Positions 57,507-64,000 of a DNA stretch of 64,000 bases are shown here, piece after piece. A program made the translations under genes and the position numbers. This stretch comes from Clostridia bacterium. Its GTDB lineage: Bacteria > Bacillota > Clostridia > Oscillospirales > Acutalibacteraceae. Under the pieces are notes generated by a model, which was not told where the DNA came from, ran no database searches, and was given only the letters and a program-made list of their open reading frames with translations. The stretch is from NCBI GenBank assembly GCA_024692685.1, contig JAILMJ010000002.1, positions 2,261 through 66,260 on the forward strand, written 5' to 3'. Every line of letters begins with the position of its first letter. Within the stretch, counting starts at the first letter, position 1.

Positions 57507-58793
57507 TTGCCCGAAGGGAATAAAAAGACGGCAGAGGAACTGTTTGTCGCACCAGCCGCAAGAGCCGGGTCTCTGAAGGAATTGTGGTCCCTCTATATTG
57601 TTCCGGAACTGCAACTGATTTTAAAAGGTGCCCTGACATTAATCGGGAAGTTCATAACTTCACCGCGTGAGGTGTTTTCCCCCGGAATGGTTGATGTTAA
57701 TTACCTTTGTTATATCATTGTGCTGACGGTCAGCGGTCTTGCCGTTCATTATTCCGCAAGTTACAGGTCGTTCAAACAGGTGATATATGCTGTGGGCGGT
57801 CTTGTGCTTATGCTACTTGTCTCCCAGTTCAGGATTAAGGCTTACAAACTGATTTCCTGTACGATTATGGGCATTGCAACCGCTTTTCTGTTTATTGTTT
57901 TTGCAGCCCCCGAAATAAACGGAACAAACAGATGGTTTTTCGGCAAACTGTTTCAGCCATCCGAATTCGGAAAAGTTGCGCTCATAATGTTCTTTGCCTA
58001 TCTTATCGAAAAGTATAAAGACAGGCGCACTGAGGAAAAAACATTTTTTTCTTTCTTTATGATAACACTGGTTTATGCTGCCCTGATTCTGGCGGAAAAG
58101 CATCTTTCCGGCGCCATTCTTTTTTTCTGCATTGGCTATGCGATGATGTGGTACGGAGGATTGAACAAAAGATTTTTTGCTGTTGCAACCTGTATAATTA
58201 TCATAGGTGTACTGTTTGCGGTCTGGAAGCCGGAAATATTTTCATTCATACTTAAGGATTATCAGATTGACAGAGTTGTTATCTGGAAAAAGATTCTTTT
58301 CAACGGTGAAATAACAGCAAAAGAAAAACTGAATAATGCGCGCCAGGTTTTACAATCGCTTTACGGCATAGGTTCCGGCGGGCTCTTCGGTGTCGGATTC
58401 GGAAAGTCCGGCCAGAAGGTCAGCAATCTTTCCGAAAAAGCCAATGACTTTATTTTTGCCGTCATCGGTGAGGAGTTCGGCTTTATCGGAAGTATGGTTA
58501 TGATTGCTGCTTTTGCCGCACTGGTTATCAGAGGTTTCAGAATTGCCTTCAGATCGAATTCATACTACGGCGCGCTGCTCGTTCTCGGTATCAGCACACA
58601 GATAGCCCTTCAGGTGATAATAAATATTGCCGTCACAACGTCGATACTCCCCAACACGGGTATCAGCCTTCCGTTTTTCAGTGAAGGCGGCTCATCAATG
58701 ATATTTACGATGATAAGCATGGGGCTTGTTCTGGGCGTATCAAAAGACAGCGAAAAAAAGGTAAAGAAAAACAATAAAAAATCGGGGAGTTGA
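57507..58793 (+). CDS. ftsW: SEDS peptidoglycan glycosyltransferase FtsW/SpoVE
   Basis: NRW, FQPSEFGK, IGSGGLFG, NDFIFAVIGEEFG, PNTGISLPFFSEGGSS; TTG start. Confidence 0.92.
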   Translation: MPEGNKKTAEELFVAPAARAGSLKELWSLYIVPELQLILKGALTLIGKFITSPREVFSPGMVDVNYLCYIIVLTVSGLAVHYSASYRSFKQVIYAVGGLVLMLLVSQFRIKAYKLISCTIMGIATAFLFIVFAAPEINGTNRWFFGKLFQPSEFGKVALIMFFAYLIEKYKDRRTEEKTFFSFFMITLVYAALILAEKHLSGAILFFCIGYAMMWYGGLNKRFFAVATCIIIIGVLFAVWKPEIFSFILKDYQIDRVVIWKKILFNGEITAKEKLNNARQVLQSLYGIGSGGLFGVGFGKSGQKVSNLSEKANDFIFAVIGEEFGFIGSMVMIAAFAALVIRGFRIAFRSNSYYGALLVLGISTQIALQVIINIAVTTSILPNTGISLPFFSEGGSSMIFTMISMGLVLGVSKDSEKKVKKNNKKSGS

Positions 58794-59929
58794 ACGGGTT
58801 GAGTGAGAAACTGAAAGCTAAGAGAATACTTATAGCCGCAGGAGGCACAGGCGGGCATATTAATCCTGCCCTCGGAACTGCGGGATACATAAAAGAGCAA
58901 AATCCGGATGCGGAAATAGTTTTTGTAGGTACTGCCGAAAAAATGGAGTCCAGGCTCGTTCCCGCCGCCGGTTACGAATTAAAAACAATTTCAATTCAGG
59001 GATTTTACCGCTCATTCAAATGGGAGGATATAAAGCATAATATAGTGACCGTGATAAAACTCCTCAAATCCTCTTCAAAGGTCAAAAAAATAATCAGGGA
59101 GTTTAATCCGGATCTCGTAATCGGTTTCGGCGGTTACGTCAGCGGTCCTGTCCTGAGAGCGGCTGCCAAGATGAAAATACCCACCGCAATTCACGAGCAG
59201 AATGCCTTTCCCGGAGTTACAAACAAGGCGCTTGCAGGCAGAGTTGACAGAGTTATGCTCACAAACGGCAGGGCCGAGAAGTATATGAAGCCCAAAAATC
59301 CGCCTGTTATTACCGGTTTACCCATACGCGGTGACCTTCTTAAAGCCGACAGGGAAGAATCTGTAAAAGAACTCAATCTCAACGGCAAGCCACTCGTTCT
59401 CTCAATGGGAGGCTCTCTCGGCGCAAAACCAATAAACGATGCTGTTTCCGGCCTTATTCTCAACAAGTATAAAGATAATGATTGCATTTTTCTTCACGCA
59501 ACAGGAAAAAATGGCACGGATATGATAGAGAAGCTTAAGAACTGCGGCGTTGAAATCAGTGAAGACGGAAATGTCCGCGTCTGCGAATATATCGATATAC
59601 CCAAATGTCTTCCCGCTGCCGATATAGTTATTTGCAGGTCCGGAGCAAGCACCCTCAGTGAGTTGCAGGCGCTCGGTAAAACATCGATTCTTATCCCTTC
59701 GCCTTATGTTGCCGAGAATCACCAGTATCACAACGCTATGGCTCTTGTTAACAATGACGCAGCCCTGATAATTGAGGAAAAAGACCTGACGGCAGATAAA
59801 CTTACGGAAACCGTTAACAACCTCCTTGCAGACAAATTAAAACTTGCCGGAATCGGCGAAAACGCTAAGAAAATGGCTGTGCTTGATTCAACACAAAGGA
59901 TATATAAAACTCTGTGCGAGATAGCATAA
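58790..59929 (+). CDS. murG: Undecaprenyl-PP-MurNAc-pentapeptide GlcNAc transferase
   Basis: AGGTGGHINP, GFGGYVS, HEQN, GGSLGA, RSGAST, HQYHNA; start TTG 58790 or 58799. Confidence 0.96.
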   Translation: MNGLSEKLKAKRILIAAGGTGGHINPALGTAGYIKEQNPDAEIVFVGTAEKMESRLVPAAGYELKTISIQGFYRSFKWEDIKHNIVTVIKLLKSSSKVKKIIREFNPDLVIGFGGYVSGPVLRAAAKMKIPTAIHEQNAFPGVTNKALAGRVDRVMLTNGRAEKYMKPKNPPVITGLPIRGDLLKADREESVKELNLNGKPLVLSMGGSLGAKPINDAVSGLILNKYKDNDCIFLHATGKNGTDMIEKLKNCGVEISEDGNVRVCEYIDIPKCLPAADIVICRSGASTLSELQALGKTSILIPSPYVAENHQYHNAMALVNNDAALIIEEKDLTADKLTETVNNLLADKLKLAGIGENAKKMAVLDSTQRIYKTLCEIA

Positions 59930-59948
59930 CATTAAATACGGAGAAAAT

Positions 59949-60977
59949 ATGGAAAAAGGAAAAAGCGCAAACGGTCAGGCACCGGTTGAAAATAAAAAGG
60001 GACACGGAAAAAAGTCCTTCAGAAGAAAACTTATACTCGGTGCAGGGGCTTTTATAATTGTAGTTGCCGTTCTCGTAACGGCTTTTTGGTTTCTTTTCCG
60101 CATAAGTTCGTTTTCGGTTATCGGCTCGGTTCCGTATACTTCACAACAAGTTATTGAAGCAACCGGCCTTAAATCAGGTACGAATATTTATTTTGCGGAT
60201 TACGGTAAAGCGGGGGACAGCGCGAAATTTCTTCTGCCCTATATAGGAAAGATTGAGTTCCGGAAAAAATTCCCCGCGAAAGTTGTTATAACAGTGACGA
60301 AGGCAGTGCCGGCCTTCTCTGTCAAAGCGGCCGACAGTCTTTTTGTGCTGGCGGATAAAGATCTGAAAGCGCTTGAAGTTGTTGCTGAACCCGCCGAAGG
60401 AACGGTGAATGTTGCAACCGCAGCCGGAGGTATCAAATATGAGCCCGGCAAAAAAATAGAATTTATCACTCAGGGGACCGAGGACCTGTATCGCAAGGCT
60501 CTTTCGGAGATAAAAGAACTTGAGGACGAGTTCTCATCAAAGATTAATCTTATTGGCCTTGAAGATGAAGACAATATTTATCTGATTTACGATAACAGGC
60601 TTGTGATAAGGACGGGCAGTCTTGACGATTTTTCAAATAAACTCACTCTTGCCCAGAAAGCGATAAATGAAGAAAACAAACTTTCAAGCACTCAGTTCGG
60701 TGAACTGGATGTCCGGGTTGCCGGAAAGGCGGTCTTCGCTCCGAAGGACTATAAGGACATGACCGAGCTTATCCTTTTCCTTGAGGGCAGTTTACCGGAA
60801 GAGGAAACTGAAAACGAGGACGAAGAAGTTGAAACCGCAGAAGGTGAAGACGAAACAGAAGCAAGCGAAGAAGATGAAACTTCAGTAAGCGGGGATAATA
60901 CGGAAGAAACGGATGAAAACGTCTCGGAAGAGGATTATTCCGGAGAAAACAGTAACAGCGAAGATGAAGAGCAATAG
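59949..60977 (+). CDS. divIB: Cell division protein FtsQ/DivIB with acidic C-terminal tail
   Basis: Basic cytoplasmic N-terminus, one TM, POTRA-like segment, GELDVR near the C-terminus; position between murG and ftsZ. Confidence 0.82.
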   Translation: MEKGKSANGQAPVENKKGHGKKSFRRKLILGAGAFIIVVAVLVTAFWFLFRISSFSVIGSVPYTSQQVIEATGLKSGTNIYFADYGKAGDSAKFLLPYIGKIEFRKKFPAKVVITVTKAVPAFSVKAADSLFVLADKDLKALEVVAEPAEGTVNVATAAGGIKYEPGKKIEFITQGTEDLYRKALSEIKELEDEFSSKINLIGLEDEDNIYLIYDNRLVIRTGSLDDFSNKLTLAQKAINEENKLSSTQFGELDVRVAGKAVFAPKDYKDMTELILFLEGSLPEEETENEDEEVETAEGEDETEASEEDETSVSGDNTEETDENVSEEDYSGENSNSEDEEQ

Positions 60978-61041
60978 GCAGGATAAACACGATTTCAGAG
61001 CCATATAATTGCCTTATTTTCCGAAAAAATAGACTAAACAC

Positions 61042-61090
61042 TTGACAATATGAAAAAAATCTTGTAAATTGATTGCGACTATGATATTAT
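61042..61090 (+). promoter_or_regulatory. Two overlapping SigA-type promoters for ftsZ
   Basis: TTGACA (61042)-17-TAAATT (61065); TTGTAA (61062)-17-TATTAT (61085). Confidence 0.6.
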
Positions 61091-61129
61091 AACAAGGGTA
61101 ATATTCATTAAACTTTGGAGGAAGTAAAA

Positions 61130-62386
61130 ATGGCGTTTGAAATTGACAATGACTTTGAAAGTGCCGTACAGATAAAGGTAATAGGTGTCGGCGGCGGTGG
61201 CGGAAATGCAGTAAACAGAATGATAGATTGCGGCATTCAGGGCGCAGAGTTTATTGCCGTTAATACAGATAAACAGGTTCTTGTTCAGTCCAAAGCGACA
61301 CATAAAATTCAGATAGGTGAAAAATCCACCCACGGCCAGGGTGCAGGCGGTAAGCCTGAGGTCGGCGCAAGAGCAGCTGAAGAAAGTGCCGATGCTATTT
61401 CCGAGGCCATCAAGGGTACTGATATGGTATTTGTAACCACAGGTATGGGCGGAGGCACGGGCACCGGCGCAGCTCCCATCATTGCCGGTATAGCCAGAGA
61501 TCTCGGCTGCCTTACCATCGGTGTTGTTACAAAGCCCTTCAATTTTGAAGGTAAGAGAAAGATGAAGGAAGCCGTTGCCGGTATCAATGAGCTTTCCAAA
61601 AACGTTGACAGCCTCGTTGTTATTCCCAATCAGAAACTGCTTGTCGGCGAGAATAAGACTACCCATTTCAAAGAAGCTTTTGCTATGGCTGATGAAGTCC
61701 TTCTTCAGGGCGTCAAGAGCATTTCAGAGCTTATCACTGTTCCCGGCTTCATCAACCTCGATTTTGCCGATGTTACCAGTGTAATGAAAGACGCCGGTTA
61801 TGCCCATATGGGCGTCGGCAGAGCAAAGGGCAAGGATAAAGCTGAGGCAGCCGCCACTGCCGCAATCACCAGTCCTCTCCTCGAGACATCCATTGCCGGT
61901 GCAAAGGGCGTTATCATTTCCTTCACAGCTTCTGAGGATATCGACATTGAAGATATTGAAAAGGCCGCTGAGCTTATTACAAACAACGCTCATGAAGACG
62001 CAAACATCACCTGGGGTATCGCATTTGATCCCTCGCTTGATGACGAACTCGTGATTACCGTTATAGCAACAGGCTTCGATTCGGCAGTTAATGCTCCCAA
62101 AGCAGACGAGGCTCCCAAGCCCTTCTTCACTGCTTCAAAGCCCGAGCAAAAGAAAGAAGAAAAAGCTGACACTTCCAAGGCTTCGGCTCCCGCAGTTCCG
62201 GCTTCCTCCTCAACTCCGAGCATCCCCAAGTTTGATGCTCCTGCGGATAATGTTTCTTCATTCTCAACTCCTTCACAGTCGGCTGCACCTGCAAACGCTT
62301 CCAAGTCTCCTGACGGAAGTTATGATGATGACGAATTTTATCTGATGATAAATGACATTATCAATGATAAGGATAAGAATAACTGA
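61130..62386 (+). CDS. ftsZ: Cell division protein FtsZ
   Basis: [34 protein letters not shown]; ATG 61130 after GGAGG. Confidence 0.98.
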   Translation: MAFEIDNDFESAVQIKVIGVGGGGGNAVNRMIDCGIQGAEFIAVNTDKQVLVQSKATHKIQIGEKSTHGQGAGGKPEVGARAAEESADAISEAIKGTDMVFVTTGMGGGTGTGAAPIIAGIARDLGCLTIGVVTKPFNFEGKRKMKEAVAGINELSKNVDSLVVIPNQKLLVGENKTTHFKEAFAMADEVLLQGVKSISELITVPGFINLDFADVTSVMKDAGYAHMGVGRAKGKDKAEAAATAAITSPLLETSIAGAKGVIISFTASEDIDIEDIEKAAELITNNAHEDANITWGIAFDPSLDDELVITVIATGFDSAVNAPKADEAPKPFFTASKPEQKKEEKADTSKASAPAVPASSSTPSIPKFDAPADNVSSFSTPSQSAAPANASKSPDGSYDDDEFYLMINDIINDKDKNN

Positions 62387-62391
62387 TAACA

Positions 62392-62417
62392 AAAAGGGGC
62401 TGATATCAGCCCCTTTT
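62392..62417. terminator. Intrinsic terminator after ftsZ
   Basis: Perfect palindrome AAAAGGGGCTGATATCAGCCCCTTTT. Confidence 0.85.
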
Positions 62418-62516
62418 AAGTTTATTTCTTCTACGCGACAAGGTTTCTGAGCCTGTCGCTTTTTGTTTTCGTTTATGACTTATTGTTACGCACTGAAAAT
62501 TTATTTTTTAATGCTC

Positions 62517-62545
62517 TTGATTTAATGGCAGTTAAGCAATAAAAT
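62517..62545 (+). promoter_or_regulatory. SigA-type promoter after the ftsZ terminator
   Basis: TTGATT (62517), 17 bp, TAAAAT (62540). Confidence 0.5.
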
Positions 62546-62831
62546 TATAAAGGATGATTTGTGTTTCCTGAAAGATTGTATAATGAATACTGTCAATCGG
62601 GGAATTGTATCGAGAATAACCGAAAGTTTCTTTTTGTATCGGTTCTGAACTTCAATCTGTACCGATGAAAACGGGGATATTTGTGATGACGGGTTTCCCT
62701 TGCCGCCTGCGATGACTCAAATATTTACTATCCTGCCACTGCCGTTCTTCAGGGCGGGACACTGTTTACCGTGCAAAATACAAAGGCGTTAAAAACGCTT
62801 CAATTCTAAATAAAATGGACGTTGAATTAAA

Positions 62832-63065
62832 ATGGAAAGAGTAAGATTGGCAGAATTAAAAATGAATTCACGCTCCGAGGTTCTTCGTTTCCTGAAAAGA
62901 CTGTGGAGCGAAGAAAAATGCCCCTGTCCTTTATGCGGAAATGAGCTGGAGCCGCTGCACAAAGGAGCCAAAAAAGATAATTGTGACTGGCAATGCAGGA
63001 CCTGTGATAAAACCTTTAAAACCATCCACCTTCTGGATGAACTGAACGAACAAATGCCGGATTGA
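62832..63065 (+). CDS. Small zinc-ribbon protein
   Basis: CPLCG...WQCRTC; GAGGT RBS of the next gene follows its stop; start may be ATG 62862. Confidence 0.72.
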   Translation: MERVRLAELKMNSRSEVLRFLKRLWSEEKCPCPLCGNELEPLHKGAKKDNCDWQCRTCDKTFKTIHLLDELNEQMPD

Positions 63066-63075
63066 GAGGTGCAAT

Positions 63076-63867
63076 ATGAATTCTGTTCCTCCGGTGACGG
63101 AGCTTATGAAGGATGTATATCTTATAAATGAATTTGACGGCACAAACTGTTACCTGGTAACCGGCAGTGACTGCGCTCTTCTTATTGATTGCGGCACCGG
63201 TTTCTGCGATATTCGGTCAGCTGTTGAAAACGTTACAAACCTGCCTGTTGTCCTTGTTGCCACCCACGGTCATGTTGACCATATCGGCGGCGCCGGGCAG
63301 TTTAAGGAGATGTATATTCACCGGGCTGATACCGCCTTAATAAATAGAATTCAGAAGAGCTTTCCTGCTCGCAGGATTTTTACGGCAGGGAATGAAGCGG
63401 TAAAGAGAAACGGTTTCGGCGCAAAGAATGTAAAAAAAGATGAATACAAGACCAAGTGGATTCCCATTGACGGCGGTCACGCTTTTGACCTTGGAAACAA
63501 GGAAATAATCGCTGTTCATACTCCCGGCCACACAAAGGGAAGTATAGCTCTCGTTGACAAAAAAGACAGAGTTATCTTCAGCGGCGACAATGTGTGCGAT
63601 GCGCTGTGGCTTCACCTTCCCGGCAGGACAAGTGTTGAGGAATGGCTCCCGTCTGCCGAGTGGCTTCTTGAAGCAAGCCGTGAGAATAAAGTATATTGGG
63701 GGCACCGCGTCCCTATGCTGACAAGCGAATATATCTCCAAAGTTGTGGGATGGGGAAGAGAAATATTGCAAATGCACACCAAAAACTCGCTTCTTCCCGT
63801 TACCGCACAGTACCCGGAACAAATTGACGGTATACTTTATAAGACAAACACCGTATTCAAAAAATAA
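63076..63867 (+). CDS. Metallo-beta-lactamase fold hydrolase
   Basis: LLIDCG, THGHVDHIGG, HTPGHT, FSGD, WGH. Confidence 0.92.
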   Translation: MNSVPPVTELMKDVYLINEFDGTNCYLVTGSDCALLIDCGTGFCDIRSAVENVTNLPVVLVATHGHVDHIGGAGQFKEMYIHRADTALINRIQKSFPARRIFTAGNEAVKRNGFGAKNVKKDEYKTKWIPIDGGHAFDLGNKEIIAVHTPGHTKGSIALVDKKDRVIFSGDNVCDALWLHLPGRTSVEEWLPSAEWLLEASRENKVYWGHRVPMLTSEYISKVVGWGREILQMHTKNSLLPVTAQYPEQIDGILYKTNTVFKK

Positions 63868-63904
63868 TCAATTAAAACGAATTCGGATAAACGGAGACGA
63901 TATA

Positions 63905-64000
63905 ATGGCAAAATACCTGATAGTCAACGCCGATGATTTCGGTATGTGCAAGGCGGCAAACGAGGCCGTATTTGACCTTTTTAAAAGCGGAAAACTTCTT
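63905..64000 (+). CDS. ChbG/YdjC family carbohydrate deacetylase, partial (runs off the window)
   Basis: Not in the ORF track; hand translation MAKYLIVNADDFGMCKAANEAVFDLFKSGKLL; NADDFG is the family hallmark; GGAG RBS. Confidence 0.85.
   Translation, partial: MAKYLIVNADDFGMCKAANEAVFDLFKSGKLL

Noticed and set aside
62660-62770. GCCACTG...GGGA resembling a cobalamin riboswitch B12 box
   Set aside because: The upstream conserved core (GGGAA..GGTG..AA.TCC and CCC.GC.ACTGT) is not present; an Rfam scan would settle it

Overview
Chromosomal window from a low-GC Gram-positive anaerobe; gene content and protein style suggest Clostridia, probably Oscillospirales (inference). About 60 protein-coding genes. 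I found no rRNA, tRNA, CRISPR array, transposase, integrase or phage gene. Housekeeping blocks: dgt-dnaG-rpoD, deoC-deoD-cdd, gltA, queG-holB-yaaT, dut, an F-type ATP synthase operon, and a dcw cluster (mraZ to ftsZ) lacking mraY, murD and ftsA. Most unusual: (1) an F-type ATP synthase with no separate delta gene, where a delta C-terminal-like domain is fused to alpha, c carries a signal-peptide-like extension and epsilon lacks its C-terminal domain; (2) a Gfo/Idh/MocA-TIM barrel-TIM barrel-Gfo/Idh/MocA cassette with the architecture of oxidation/elimination glycoside-cleavage pathways, plus an unknown fifth gene; (3) larBCE nickel-pincer cofactor genes with no larA in the window, preceded by two tiny paralogous membrane proteins; (4) an exported protein with three tandem zinc-finger-like motifs; (5) variant MraZ-box-like repeats beside a divergent MraZ. 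All functional calls come from motif recognition by eye; no database searches were run.
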